Program-made: the position numbers and the translations under genes
In this document: in pieces, positions 46,365 to 58,635 of the stretch
How positions within the stretch are numbered: the stretch's first letter is position 1
How the letters are laid out: each line of letters starts with the position of its first letter
The notes under the pieces: generated by a model
The model's input: the letters and a program-made list of their open reading frames with translations, nothing else
What the model was told of the DNA's origin: nothing
Databases searched by the model: none
Assembly: GCF_038025025.1 (NCBI RefSeq)
Contig: NW_027117339.1
Span: 248,001-312,000 of the forward strand
Direction of reading: 5' to 3'
Length of the DNA stretch: 64,000 bases
Origin: Phyllosticta citribraziliensis
Lineage: Eukaryota

Positions 46365-47375
46365 CTACCAGTCGTAGACCCACCCAGAGTTCTTTTCGAA
46401 AAAGTCGTTGCACGCGTCGCGAAGCAAAATGTTGGTCCGCAGGTCGTCAATCCGGAGGGACTCGCGAGTCAGCGGATCGTACGGGCTGCGCTTGAGGTGC
46501 TCAATCAAGGTCGCTCGCTCGTACGAGTGACCAGTCTTTGTCACGACGGCTGCTCAAGAGTTAGCAACGGCCTTGCAGCGGCGGAGAAGAGTGCCTTACG
46601 GTCATGCATGATTTCAAACGAGATGTTGTCAATCAGGTAGTCCGGCACCTCCCTCTTCTCCATGTTGTCCGGATCGGCAATGGCGAAGATGTTGCGCAAG
46701 TCCTCGAGCTTCTGCGCCGTGCGCTTCGCCAGCTCGTCTCTTTCTTCCACGGCCGCAATCTCACCCAGCTCCCCTTTGTCCGCCCGCTCGCTGATCGACT
46801 TGAGCTCCTGGTTCGACGCCGCCTCGATCTTGTCCTCGAGCTCCGCAAGCAAGGGGTTCTTACGCCGCAATCGCTCGCGCTCCCTTCCCTCCCACTTGGC
46901 CTTCTTGCATTGCAGCACAAGCGCCGATATTGTCTGCGCGTCTCGCATCGTCGACTTGGAGTTGATGCAAAGATCGTAAGCGTGCAGAGCAGACGAGAGG
47001 GCTTCGTTGGGATGCTTCAAGGCGAGCTGTGCGCGCGCTGCATCGAGGCTAGTCAGCAACACCCTTCGTCATGCCACATTCCCAGGGCGTGAAACCCGTC
47101 AACTTAAGCTTAATCCCTCCCCCACGGCTGCACTTACCCAGAAATGTGTAAGCCTTCAAGTTGTCCCTCAACAGCTCGATGCTCTTGATGCAGTCGTCGA
47201 TGGCCAGCCCCCAGCTCTCCAGCTTCATGCGCGCATTTGCCCGGTTGGTGAAGAGGAGCGGATTATTTGGATTCTTCTGAATAGCCTGCGTATACAGCGC
47301 CTCGGCCGCCACGTAGTCGCCATGCTTGAAGAGCTGGTTGCCCCGCTCCTTGAGCTGCTCCGACAGATGGGCCAT
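46365..47375 (-). CDS. STUB1: TPR + U-box E3 ubiquitin ligase (CHIP/STUB1 ortholog), 3 exons
   Basis: Exons 47375-47138, 47037-46600, 46549-46365: TPRs (LKERGNQLFK...YTQAI...TNRANARMKL), a coiled linker and U-box VPDYLIDNISFEIMHDPVVTKTGHSYERATLIEHLKRSPYDPLTRE...WVYDW*. Confidence 0.93.
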
Positions 47376-48107
47376 GGGGAAGCGGCTGACGGCCGGGACT
47401 CGAGGGATGTCGGGGACGGCGTCCGGATCGGCGGCGACAAAGGGCTCGTCGGTGGTGAAGTCGGGCTGCGAGGCTGCAGCGGGTCGACCGTGGTGGTGTG
47501 GAAGTCGGCGGTGGAGGCTGTGCGAGGGGAAGCGCATCCGTATACGTTGCTTCAGGCCTCGGATCGAAGTTTCTGGCATTGTTGCGCATTTGTCACCCGC
47601 CGACGAGCTCCTCCTTTGTCGTGCATGACATGGTGGGTTAAAGGAAGGCTAAGTAACGACCGACGGCCTTCACCTCAGCGCAAGCAGGGGTCCTGAGGTT
47701 CCGGTTCCTGCCTTAGCAACGTCACCGCACCTCGCAGCCGCCCCGCGGGGAACATGGACATCCATCCGGACGTCCCTTGCGCTGCCACTGCCCACCCACG
47801 TACGTCACCACCAATGGCTCCAGCTCCCCCTCAAGCTCCAGCTCAAGCTCTTCCTCGACGGCCGCCCATCCGGTTTCCCACGTCTTAACACGTCAAATAT
47901 CGAACCCTGTCCGCCGGGAACGCATTGCATTATGCTAGCCCTAGGATGCTGGTTAAGGTATTTGGATAAGCTCAACTTCACAGCCTCGACACATGTCCCT
48001 CCAATCCTAGCCAACCAACCAGGATCGCCAAAAGTCATGCTCCACCTGCCAATCGATGCGGCTCCCAAAGAAAGCAGTCTCCAAATCCTGCTGGCCAAGA
48101 CCAATCA

Positions 48108-50078
48108 TCACTGCTGAAACGCCCTGCTCTCAAACCTACCCAAGTTTGGTGGTGTGCGATCTATGCGTCCATCACTCGTCTGCTCGACATATCTTCTCCG
48201 TGCTTCGATCTCTGCCATCATGGCTTGTCGCTCCGCCCGACCCGAGTTCTCTTGCTCGTCCTGCCATGGAGGCAGAAGCCTCGCAGACACAGACCGTAAG
48301 CGCTGTGGCCGTCGGTGTTGAATGTCCATCGTGTTGCGCCGTGACTCTGTAGCTGCGGCAGCAGCATGAGCAGCAGCCGTTGCAACGGCCATGGCGGTCG
48401 ATGCTGCGCTATCCACTGCTGGTGACCACGCCTGCTGAATCGTCCGACCATGCGCATGCACCCGAGCAACCTGGACATGGGCATTGCCGGATGCACGCCG
48501 GCGGGAGTGCCGCTCCGGGGGTGGCTGCAAGGACGGCATCGAGGCGGTCGTCAGGTGCGGGCTCAGCGTGCGAAGGGTACGGGATCCCGCCGCAGTGGGA
48601 TACCTCTCGATGAAACCACCAGATGGCTGCGGAGGGGATGAGTCAAAGCTGAACGAGGGCAGGACATCAAGGGAACTGAAATTAGAATGCGGTATTTCGG
48701 CAAACGTTGGCATGGGTCGACGGGGGCTTGGAGAGTGGCGGTGTCGAGGGACCCTGCGGGGTGGCGGAGACATGCGCTCCGGTGATTCGAATGTGGGCAT
48801 GCGCAACTCCAACAACGGTCTTCGAGTATCCTGAGATGCGCAAGGTGAGACTCTGCTCATGGACGATGGCGCACAGGCTATCTGCGAGCGCGTTTCCTTT
48901 TCAAGACAATCAAGCGGTGACGTTTCTCGGTTGATGAGATCCAACAAGGTCGCACTGAGCGTCGGCGAGTTCTCCCTGGAAGGAACGGCACTCACATCTC
49001 TGCTGCTCGTGGATCCAACGCTTGGGACACCAAGAAGAGGCCGTAGCAAGTCGGGCGTCGACGTGTTACGGAAGAGAAAAGAGGACCTGATTGATGCATT
49101 GCGACTGCTGTGTTCAGATATCTGACTTACGCTGGGGGAGCGAGAGAGTGTCCCAAAGGGCGAGACATTGGCCACCGCGGGCAACGAGTGGCGCCTCCTT
49201 TCAGAGTCGGATGAGTGCCGGGTCGAAGAGTTTGAAGGGAGCCTGATGATGGGAATGAGAATGCCCGAGCCAGAGGCCGCGTGATCCAGAGATGACAGGT
49301 CCAAGTTTTGTTGCGCAACAGGGTCTCGTGTCTTTCCTGACGATTTTGGTGGGCTTGCGTGTGCATTCTCGGCTTGGCTGGCAGTTGCCTGCTCTTTGGT
49401 TTTGCGAGTCCTCGATTCGTCGGCTCTGGACCTTCGGGACGTGGGAAGAGCTCCATGCTTTGGAGTTGGCCGAGTGGATTCGGCTTCCTGTTTCGACTCG
49501 CCTGACCGCTTGGTGTTGGGGAAATCTCGGGCGCCCAACTGAGCAGACGGCACAGAGATTCTGTGGAGATCCAGTGAACCATCGTACTGGGGCAGTGACC
49601 TACCCAAAGTGGAAGTGCCGGGACCAGCCTTCTCCAGGGACGAAGCTTGGTTGGCGGTCCGTTTCTTCAAGCGATGACTGCGAGTCGGGTGCGTCGAGAG
49701 ATCCTCCGGGTCAGACGTGCATATCGACTCGTCTTCGCTGCTGGCATCATTCGGAGAGGAGCATGTTGCGTCTCTCCTGGCCCGCTCAGGCTTCGCCGAG
49801 ATCTTGGTGCTGGCCTTGGGGTCTTCTGCCGGCAGATACGGAGACGATTGCTCGAAAGTACATGCCTGAGGACCGTGAAGGGTCTCTGGATGGACAATTG
49901 ACTCGTCGCGTGAGCGTTCGGGACCTTGACGAAGACGTGGACCAGGGTTCTCGGGAGGTGCGATTTTGCAGGGGGCAGAGCGGGTGTTCCCTGCAGCACG
50001 TCTTGCCGCTAGCCGGTTGGAGCCATCTTCAATGTCCTGGGCCGTGAGCCGGATTTCGGTTGCTCGATACCGCAGCAT
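48108..50078 (-). CDS. Hypothetical Ser/Arg/Pro-rich protein with Cdc26/Hcn1-like N-terminal motif
   Basis: About 656-aa intronless ORF (first ATG 50078; the ORF track starts at a GTG). N-terminus MLRYRATEIRLTAQDIED, a disordered middle, and an ordered-looking C-terminus WQDEQENSGRAERQAMMAEIEARRRY...DRTPPNLGRFE. Confidence 0.7.
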   Translation of the reverse strand: MLRYRATEIRLTAQDIEDGSNRLAARRAAGNTRSAPCKIAPPENPGPRLRQGPERSRDESIVHPETLHGPQACTFEQSSPYLPAEDPKASTKISAKPERARRDATCSSPNDASSEDESICTSDPEDLSTHPTRSHRLKKRTANQASSLEKAGPGTSTLGRSLPQYDGSLDLHRISVPSAQLGARDFPNTKRSGESKQEAESTRPTPKHGALPTSRRSRADESRTRKTKEQATASQAENAHASPPKSSGKTRDPVAQQNLDLSSLDHAASGSGILIPIIRLPSNSSTRHSSDSERRRHSLPAVANVSPFGTLSRSPSVSQISEHSSRNASIRSSFLFRNTSTPDLLRPLLGVPSVGSTSSRDVSAVPSRENSPTLSATLLDLINRETSPLDCLEKETRSQIACAPSSMSRVSPCASQDTRRPLLELRMPTFESPERMSPPPRRVPRHRHSPSPRRPMPTFAEIPHSNFSSLDVLPSFSFDSSPPQPSGGFIERYPTAAGSRTLRTLSPHLTTASMPSLQPPPERHSRRRASGNAHVQVARVHAHGRTIQQAWSPAVDSAASTAMAVATAAAHAAAAATESRRNTMDIQHRRPQRLRSVSARLLPPWQDEQENSGRAERQAMMAEIEARRRYVEQTSDGRIDRTPPNLGRFESRAFQQ

Positions 50079-51689
50079 AGCCACGAAAGCCGCCAGTTGT
50101 AGCTGGCCTCGAGTCGTGAGAAGGCGGACAAAGGAGGCCGCAAAGGTCGGTCAAGGGGTTGTACTGCCGCCATGGCTGCTGAAGAATCGTGGAAAGCATG
50201 TTGCACGAGGGTGGCAGGAGCATCGAAAGCAAGCAGTCAGTTCTTTCTTCGTGTGTAAATGTCTCTCCGTCGTTTCATTGCACACATGAGCTAAGAGGCA
50301 GCGGATCCGCAGGGACGAAAGGTCGAGACTGCCCTCGGATCAGACGGCCATGTGAATGCGTAATACAACCAAGGGGCTCCCTCGAAACTGAGATGTCGCA
50401 GTCACGGGCCATGGGAAGAGAGGACAAAGGACAATCATCGAGATGGAAGACGTGGGGGCAGTAGGAACCGAGGTAGGGACAGGCAGCAAATGACGACAGG
50501 TACAAGTGGAGCCTCAGAAGAAGTGGATCGTGCAGATGGACGCATTGATTCTGGCCCCCGGGCGCGGTGTTGGTGGTTAGGAGAGATTGGCCGGGTGGTT
50601 GATACATAGCTTTGACGAGTGTTTGCTGGCCGCATTTGTTAGCAGCAACAGGCAATATTGGCTCGAGGTAACGGCACACGACAGGGCGGCGTGGATGACG
50701 GAGTCAGGGCAGGCGGCGGTATGCGGTTCTGGGAGGCTATTTATTGCAGCCGGGTATTAGCTGTGCGTGGCATTTCTGGGGCTCGATGGCGCACGTCCAG
50801 AGTTTACGTACATGGGTGGACGTCACTCAGAAGCAGAGCACATGCAGTCAGGGGTGCCGACACGATGGTTGGTGTCGATGGATGGTCGAGGTGGAGGAGA
50901 CGACGACGATGACAATGGTGAGGCCGCCCGCCGCCCACGGCTCGTAAAATCCATGGCCATGGCTGTCGTATTGGTCCGCGGAGAGATGCAACTGAGCAGT
51001 CGTGTAATGGGCAGTCGGAGAGTCGTCGTAGGCGTCGTAGGCGTCGTAGGCGTCGTCGTCGTCGTCGGGCGCCACGTGAGCAGTATAGGTGTCGGTAAAC
51101 TAGGAGTAGGACTGGGACCAGGAACTGGGACTGCAACCGGGGAGCCAGGACACCCCTTGGAGGGCGGCAGAGGGCGAGAGAGGGAAAACAGGCACAGACG
51201 TGTAGTAATAATATCATCTGCCCTGCCCTGCCCTGCCCTGGTGCGTGGGTTGCGCGCCAAGAGGCTCAACTGTCGACGACGGCCGCCCGCCAGCAGCCAG
51301 CGCCAGGCCAGGCCAGGCCAGGCACACGCTCACGCTCACGCCTACGCCCACGCTCCGCTCCCGTCCTGACCTTGCCCACCTACCTACCTACCTACACCAT
51401 CCATCTCTCTCACGGCACCATCCTCACCACCACACCACCCACCGCCTCGCCCGCTGGTCCCGTCCGGCTCTCCCGCGACCTGCTGCCCTGCTGCCCCTGC
51501 GCAGCCCCCGACGCTGCCTGGATGTCGCCTCGCACTGCCGACTTGCTCTCTTCCGTCTCGGCCTGACCTCCTGCTGCCAGTCCACATACCTACTACTAAG
51601 GAATAACCCACGAGCCCGCAGCCACTCCTTGTCGCCTCCCTCCCTACTCCCAACCCACCCTCCCCCGCCTCCGTCCCTCCTAGCCCGCC

Positions 51690-54386
51690 ATGAGCGGCGA
51701 CATAAGTCTGTCGCAGTCGTTAGGGGGCTTGCGCATCGCGAACCCGGACAGCGACAGCACCCCTTCTCCTCCGCCCGCCGCTGCGCCGCCCGAGTCGACG
51801 ACGACATGGCCCACGCCAACAAGTCCACCTCCTGCGGACCGCCCACACTCGTCGGAACCGCCCTCAAACGACCCCTCCCCCCCTCCTCCTGAGCGTCAGG
51901 ATGGCTCGCACCTGCTGCAGCCCATAGCGACCGAGTCGTCGACCTCGTCCATCGACTTCAATCCACACCTCTTTTCGACCAGTCAAACTTCGCTCCACAC
52001 CCTGGGCCCGACGACGCCAAGCGCAGACGAAGTCCAACAACCCCCGCCCTCCTCTCGCCTCAACCACCGCCAGTCCATGCCCATCGCTCAGCAGGCTCAG
52101 CTGCAGGCTCAGTCGTCGTACCCGCAACAGCCTCCCGGTCCAGGCCCGAACCGGAGCTACCCCGGCCACACGTCATCTTCACGCCCCGCCTCTATCCTCT
52201 ACAGCCACCCCAATGCCTCGTCCGGCTCCGCAATTTCCGCCGTGGGCTCATACAGATACAACGACATTGGCTTGTCTCAGCCAGGAAATCCGGGTCTGAG
52301 TCGGAGTAGCTCGAGAGCCGCAGCAGCCGCCATGCAGGCCGCAGGACTCCCGACGCGGGAGCCGAGCAGGTCCTACCGCCAACCCCATCAGCAAATGCCC
52401 ATCAATGGACCTGGGCCAATGCCCCCTCGCCGCGCATCGCGAAGAAATCCCTTGGGGCCCGGACCTGGACCTGGACCCGGACCCGGACCCTCAGGTGCGT
52501 ATGCGTCAGACTCGATACCCGCTAGCAGCGAAGAGTGGAAGGACAAGGGCGCAGCGGTTGGCGTGAAGCAGGAGATGGATGCTAACGGAAAGCCTGTATT
52601 GCGTGCAGTGAAGAAAGGAGTCAAGGATTTCAACTTTGGCAGAACACTGGGAGAAGGATCCTACAGCACAGTACTTGCAGCGACTGACCGTCAGACCCTG
52701 CGCGAGTATGCCATCAAGGTCTTGGACAAGCGGCACATTATAAAGGAAAAGAAGGTCAAATATGTCAACATTGAAAAGGACACTCTGAACCGCCTCACCG
52801 AACACCCCGGCATCGTCCGCCTTTACTACACGTTCCAAGATGAGCGATCTCTTTACTTCGTTTTGGACCTCGCTGGTGGAGGGGAGCTTCTTGGTTTCTT
52901 GAAAAAGATGGGAACGTTTGACGAAGAGTGCACGCGGTTCTATGGCGCGCAAATCTTGGACGCCATTGATTACATGCACGCGCGGGGCATCATCCATCGC
53001 GACCTTAAACCCGAGAATGTGCTTTTGGACAGCCAGATGCACGTCAAAATTACCGACTTTGGGACGGCCAAGATTCTGCGGCCCCAGCAGCCGCCGAACG
53101 GGGACGTTGCATCCGACGACCCGCTAGAAGGTGCCGGGACAGACAGGGCAGAATCATTCGTTGGCACCGCAGAATACGTCAGTCCAGAACTGCTGACTGA
53201 CAAGAACGCGTGCAAGGCCAGTGATTTGTGGGCGTTTGGTTGCATAATATATCAACTCCTATCCGGGCGACCTCCGTTCAAGGCTGGCAACGAGTACCAA
53301 ACCTTTCAGAAGATTGTTAACCTCGAGTACTCTTTCCCGGATGCTTTCCCGGAAGCAGCCAAGGACTTGGTGGAGCGGCTGTTGGTGCTCGACCCGGCGA
53401 AGCGATTGCCCATCGAGCACATCAAAAACCACCGCTTTTTCGATGGGGTCCTCTGGGGCAAGGAATTGTGGAAGCTAAAGGCGCCGCGGCTAAAGCCATA
53501 CTCTCCTCCGCGCGAACCCATCAAATTGAATGGGAGCGCCCCTTCAATACCTCCTCACATGCAAGCGTTGAGCGGTAACCGCCCCGGGCCTTCTTCCGGA
53601 CCGTCAACCAACGCGCCGCGGCCGTCTGCACGCGTCATTACGGAATTACCACCTCCCAGCCAACTTGACATTGATTGGTCGCCAGTGCTGACTCGCAACA
53701 ACGAACGCATACTGAAATTGGGGAACCTCATGGTGACCTCGACCGCCGCCCCCCACAGTCCACATGGAGAGCCAGCTGCGGAAACACCCAAAAAGTTTTC
53801 TCGATTTTTCACAGGGAGTACAACAAAGAAACGACAACGGCTTGTCTTGATCACGTCCGCCGCTCGACTCATCATTGCAGCGGCGGGCGGAGAGGAGAAG
53901 AAGGCAAAGATGGAGGTCAATTTGTTGGTCGAGGGTACAAACTGGAGAAGTTCCAAGGACTCCAAGGGAGTGACTTCGTGGTGTATAGACACGGTACGTT
54001 TGCCCTCCGTTTTGGTCGACTACCCAACTGACTCCAAACAGAAGGACAAACACCTCATCTTCGAAGACCCCAAAATCGTTGGTAGCGATATCGAAGGTAC
54101 AAAGTATATGGCCCAAGAGTGGCTCGATGCGCTGGAGCAGGCAAGAGACTTTGCGAATTCTCAGAGTATGGCAACTTCCTATTCTGGCGACTCGGCATTC
54201 AACGAACTGAGCTCAACTATTTCAAGCCCAGCAAGCACTCTAGGCGGCGAATCAGCGCTTGATGGGGTCAACATTCCGGCATCCAGACACTTGCGGAAGG
54301 ACCACAGCGGAGACAACGAGTCGGTAAAGGGGCGCAAGAGATTTAGCAGACGGCATTCGAAGAATGGCCTCGCTGCGGTTTTTTGA
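51690..54386 (+). CDS. PKH1: PDK1-family AGC Ser/Thr kinase (Pkh1/2, Ksg1 ortholog) with C-terminal PH-like domain
   Basis: KKGVKDFNFGRTLGEGSYSTV, YAIKVLDKRHIIKEKKVKYVNIEK, HRDLKPEN, ITDFGTAK, SFVGTAEYVSPELL, SDLWAFGCIIYQ. PH region KKRQRLVLITS...WLDALE. In-frame 48-nt intron at 53994-54041. Confidence 0.95.
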   Translation: MSGDISLSQSLGGLRIANPDSDSTPSPPPAAAPPESTTTWPTPTSPPPADRPHSSEPPSNDPSPPPPERQDGSHLLQPIATESSTSSIDFNPHLFSTSQTSLHTLGPTTPSADEVQQPPPSSRLNHRQSMPIAQQAQLQAQSSYPQQPPGPGPNRSYPGHTSSSRPASILYSHPNASSGSAISAVGSYRYNDIGLSQPGNPGLSRSSSRAAAAAMQAAGLPTREPSRSYRQPHQQMPINGPGPMPPRRASRRNPLGPGPGPGPGPGPSGAYASDSIPASSEEWKDKGAAVGVKQEMDANGKPVLRAVKKGVKDFNFGRTLGEGSYSTVLAATDRQTLREYAIKVLDKRHIIKEKKVKYVNIEKDTLNRLTEHPGIVRLYYTFQDERSLYFVLDLAGGGELLGFLKKMGTFDEECTRFYGAQILDAIDYMHARGIIHRDLKPENVLLDSQMHVKITDFGTAKILRPQQPPNGDVASDDPLEGAGTDRAESFVGTAEYVSPELLTDKNACKASDLWAFGCIIYQLLSGRPPFKAGNEYQTFQKIVNLEYSFPDAFPEAAKDLVERLLVLDPAKRLPIEHIKNHRFFDGVLWGKELWKLKAPRLKPYSPPREPIKLNGSAPSIPPHMQALSGNRPGPSSGPSTNAPRPSARVITELPPPSQLDIDWSPVLTRNNERILKLGNLMVTSTAAPHSPHGEPAAETPKKFSRFFTGSTTKKRQRLVLITSAARLIIAAAGGEEKKAKMEVNLLVEGTNWRSSKDSKGVTSWCIDTVRLPSVLVDYPTDSKQKDKHLIFEDPKIVGSDIEGTKYMAQEWLDALEQARDFANSQSMATSYSGDSAFNELSSTISSPASTLGGESALDGVNIPASRHLRKDHSGDNESVKGRKRFSRRHSKNGLAAVF

Positions 54387-55588
54387 ACAAAAGCGTAGCA
54401 TTGTCAGCAGCAGGTCTCGAACAAGCAAGCATGTCTTCTCGATCATCGTCATCATCCCCTTGATCCGTATCCGAGTCCAGTGCTCTCTCCCTCGCATCTC
54501 TCCTCGAGCGAGAGCGCGCTTGTCCGTCTTTCTCTTGTCCAAACACTCCACCCTCTTGCGCGAAGAGTCCTCCGTCTTTGTTTGTTTCTACTCGAGACAT
54601 TGTATCAAAGCGACGCAGCGTCGTTTTGGACCTTCTTCCCCCCTCTCCCCTCCCCCATCGGTCCATCACGTCGTCGAGGTCGTCCATCTCAAACAACTCA
54701 ACTTAGCGTCGTCACTCGCATCAAAACCATTCATCCGTCCATCCATCCATCTCACAGAAGCGCGGGGCGTTGCAGGCGTTATTGTCATTATTCGTCCGTC
54801 GTCCCTCCAAGGACCGCCGAGCCAAGTTTTCCTTTGTCAAACATTAGCAAGCAAGCAAGCAAGCTGTTTTTCATCTGTCGCGTCGTTGCGCTCGCTCTGC
54901 TTGAAGGGGAAAGAAGCGTCTCGTCTCGTTGGTTTTCTCTCTTCGCCCTACCTACCGCGGGCGATGACGCGCCGCGTTGTTGCTTGCGTCGTCACCTCGC
55001 CTCATCTCCATCTTGTTGCTCTTTCTTTCTTCATTTGGTCTCTCGTAGCGTAGCGGGAGATGTTTCCCATTTCTTTCCTTCTTTCGTTTTTTTCCCTTTC
55101 TGTCTGGCCTGTCTTGGTCCGTTCTGCGTTCCTCTTCTTTGCGTTACTCTGCGCTGCTACTACTACTACCGCTGTCACTGGGTCTCTTTGCGTGGCGGTG
55201 GGGTGAACCGGACCGGTAGTCCCTTTCGCCCATTTCTTTTTCTTTCGCGTCGGGGAGGAGTGGCGGAGGGGCTGGATGGACTGTCTAGTTGACTGACTGA
55301 CTGGCTTGGCTGACTGCCTCGAATCTTTCGTTTCATGTTTGTTGATTGCGTTTCGTGTTCTCTTGCTCTCCTGCACGCTGAGTACGCAAAAGCCCGCCAT
55401 TTGGTGCTGCCCGTTGTCCATCCAATACCATCCACCCAGTCAGCAAGCCACTCGCGTCGTCGTTCGGTCGTTCTCGCTTTTTCGCTTGTCGCCAACTGCC
55501 TGCCTTGCCTGTCTACCTCTCCCCCCTGCTGCCCGTCCTGTCCTGCCCTGTCCTGTCCTGTCCTGTCCTGTCCCGTTTTTAGCGCATA

Positions 55589-55619
<31 letters not shown>

Positions 55620-55952
55620 TTTCTCCAAGCGACCCCCCGTCCTTCCATCCTTCTGCCCCATTGTTGTCGTCGATGCAGTCGAGCGATTGAGCGATCGAGC
55701 GAAATGAGCGAATCAGCAAGCGTGTGGTTGAGTGAAAATAGTACGCAGTCAGTCAAGCAAGCAGTCCGTTGGGCAAAGCTACAGCTGAGAAACTGGATAA
55801 AATCACTGCCGCTGTGTGACGCGAATGAAGTGGTCTGTCTGATTGACAGGCAGTGATGAGAGGGGGGTGGTGGAGAGGGGAGGACAAGTAAAAGCGATGC
55901 AAAAGCGATGCAAAAGCGAATGCAAAAGTAAAAGCAGGAGTCGAGTTGAAGG

Positions 55953-55956
<4 letters not shown>

Positions 55957-55983
<27 letters not shown>

Positions 55984-56363
55984 GAAGTGGGTTGAATGGC
56001 TGGTTGGTTGGTTGGCTGGCTTAAGGGGGTTGACAGGTAGTAAGACGAGACAGTTGCTGCTTGCCTACTTGTTTGCCTGCCTTGGTTGCTTTCCTCGTCG
56101 GTGTTTTGATGAAGTGGACGTCGCGGACCGTCGTCGTGATGTTGATACCAGTGTCCATCGTGCATTGCCCTCGAGCCTGCTCGTCCGTAGGTAGGTAGGT
56201 AGGTAGGTAGGTAGGTAGGCAGGTAGGTAGACACACTTGCCATGTTCCCACCCTCACTCGTTTGTCTCCTCTCGTCTCTCCTCTTTGTGGCTGCATTGCG
56301 TGCGTGCGTGCGTGGATCTGCTATCCTGCCATTTCTTCTCTTCTTTCCCTATTACTTTTCTCC

Positions 56364-56402
<39 letters not shown>
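55957..56402. repeat. Simple-sequence cluster: T27 (55957-55983), (GTAG)n (56187-56230), (TC)19 (56365-56402)
   Basis: Read directly from the sequence in the PKH1-PAS intergenic region. Confidence 0.92.
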
Positions 56403-56406
<4 letters not shown>

Positions 56407-58635
56407 CTGAAGACCGACCCGTCAGCTGGGCCAGACGCAAGAGCTGAAGAGTCCCTCGCCTTCTGTCTGGAAGTGAGTTGATGGAGGCAAAAAGCAAGGC
56501 TCGACGCTGATGCGGAGGGTAGGAGATGGATCTTGCGATCTTTGGCGATACAGGATGGGATGAGAGGGATGGGTGGGCCGCGTCCGAGGGGTGGGACGGT
56601 TGTTGATGCCCTAAGGGGGGTTGATGAAGCGTGGTAGTGGGAGACGGAGTAGATTTGGTGGTCATCAATCAAGACGGCGTGTGATGGGATATGTTTGGAT
56701 GCTGATCGAAGAGATGGTGAGAATTGAAGAGACGCAAGTCTAAGGCGTGATGAAAGTGGAAGTGGTGGCCATTGTTTGCAAAAACATTTTGTTTATCGAA
56801 GGACTTGTATCCATTTCTACTACACCTCATAGTTTGCAGTCATTTCACTCGTAGGATCCGATATCATGTCATCCAAGAGCGAATCAGGGGTAGCTTGAGA
56901 GCAAGCATAAATCCCTGCTGTAGATTCCGCGCCGTGTGGCGCAGGACCTGGGTCAGTGGCTGAGTGCATATGGGGGACATGCTGTGCAAAACGCCTTGCT
57001 GCAGAAAACTCTTGTTTTGAAAACACGAAAAGCTCCGCGAAGCCATGCTCGCAATCTTCCTAGTGGCAACTCGTGATTTGGAATTCCGGGAGCAACCACA
57101 ATCTTGCTCAATTGAGCAGTGTGTGTGAGACTGACTCGGGCGCATGAGGCGAAAGAAGAGAGGAGAAAAAAAAAAAAAAAAGAAAAAGGAAAAAAAAGCC
57201 TGTCGGGAGGAGTCGGTGCGAAGATTCCAGACTTAATCTTGAAAAGCTTGACCAAACCTTGATGCGGCAACATCACCAAGGGGGAAATGACACAGAGTGG
57301 GCGCGGAAATAAGTGGCACGAGAGGTCCGGCGCAAGTCATTTGGCAGCAACGGTTGAGGTGACGGGCATGAGCGACGTCATCCTCGACCAAAAGTGGCCT
57401 GACAATACCAAGCAGATGGTAGCGAAGAAAGCTTGGTAAATTCGCAAAGAGGATGCCAAGTACAGAGCAAATCTTCGCAAATTACACAGCTGGAGGGTCC
57501 TAGGCGCTGAGGAAGAAGAAAAAAAGGTTAAGACCCGGGCGAGGTGGGGATAGAGTTGTGGGTGATGCGGAGGTGAGCTTGCTGGTGCAGGGCTGCAGAT
57601 CCGGAGCGAGGACTCAGCAAACAGAGTGTTGGAGGTGATTACGCAGTCAGCGGGTTGAGGCTCGGATTGGCGTTCGGGAGATGGTCAGGGACGGTGCCTT
57701 GATTCTGGGTTTTCTCTCAGCAACGTAAGTATGTAGAGGGGCATCAGGGTCCAGGCGGAGATGAAGGCTAGTCGTCAGGCTTTCCAGACCCGCGGCGGTG
57801 GATGCTTAGCCAGGCGGGAGCGGTCACCCGCTCCGGGGAGCTGGGTGCTGAAGGGGCTGGTCTTTGCTACAAGGGGGTGGTTCGCCGGGCGGGGGCGGTT
57901 TTGTCGAGGTCCGTGGACTCGGAGCCGGAGGCGGCACGGCGGGAGTTTGCAGGTGGGGCGCGGCAATTGTCGAGTCGAGTGAGAGCGGAAGTGGGTGCGG
58001 TGGAAGACATGGAGGGCGTGAGGACGCGGTGCGAGGGGCGTGTCGCTGCGCGGAGCCGTTTTGGGAAGAGAGCCGTGGCGGATGTCTTGGGCGTCGATGG
58101 CGAGGACTGGCGGGTGGTGGGCAGAGGGGCGCAGAGATCGGAATATAAGGCAGCGCGGTGTAGGACGGCGGACGGTGGATCGGCGATGGAGTTGAATTGT
58201 GGTTTGCGAGTAGAGTGCCGGGGCGAGGTTGAGTCCCTGCGGTCCCTGCCGTGCGCGGAAAAGGGAAGCTGGGGCCGCGGGCAAGCGGCCCGCGCGAATC
58301 CTCATCCTGGGCTCCGACTCCGACTCGACTACTGTACCTTGCTGCCTCACTTCAGTTCCTCACTTCCTCTTCGACTGGACCTGGACACCGCAAGACCAGG
58401 CACCGCACGTGATCCCGCCTGCCTGTACCGGTACAGGACCTACCTCGTCTCTTTCAAAAACCTCAGCTCCCCCGTCACCGCTCCGCCCTCGCCGCTCACC
58501 CACAGCTCCTCGTGCTCCATCCAAAGCTCGAGCTGCTCCCCAACCCTTCTCTCAAGCTTCAATTGCTCCGGATCCCCATCGACTGCTATTAGGCAGCTCT
58601 TCCAGATTCGGAGACGCTCAGTGCTCTTTGCCGCC

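Noticed and set aside
53994..54041. Short stop-free in-frame introns in PKH1 (48 nt), PAS (51 nt) and PSP1 (60 nt) as regulated retention
   Set aside because: Short 3n introns lack stops by chance in GC-rich DNA, and retention would interrupt conserved domains in PKH1 and PAS.
57802..58635. Long in-frame extension upstream of the PAS gene
   Set aside because: Promoter/UTR-like composition. The ATG at 58636 has strong GCCGCCATGG context and begins the conserved METTFITIH.
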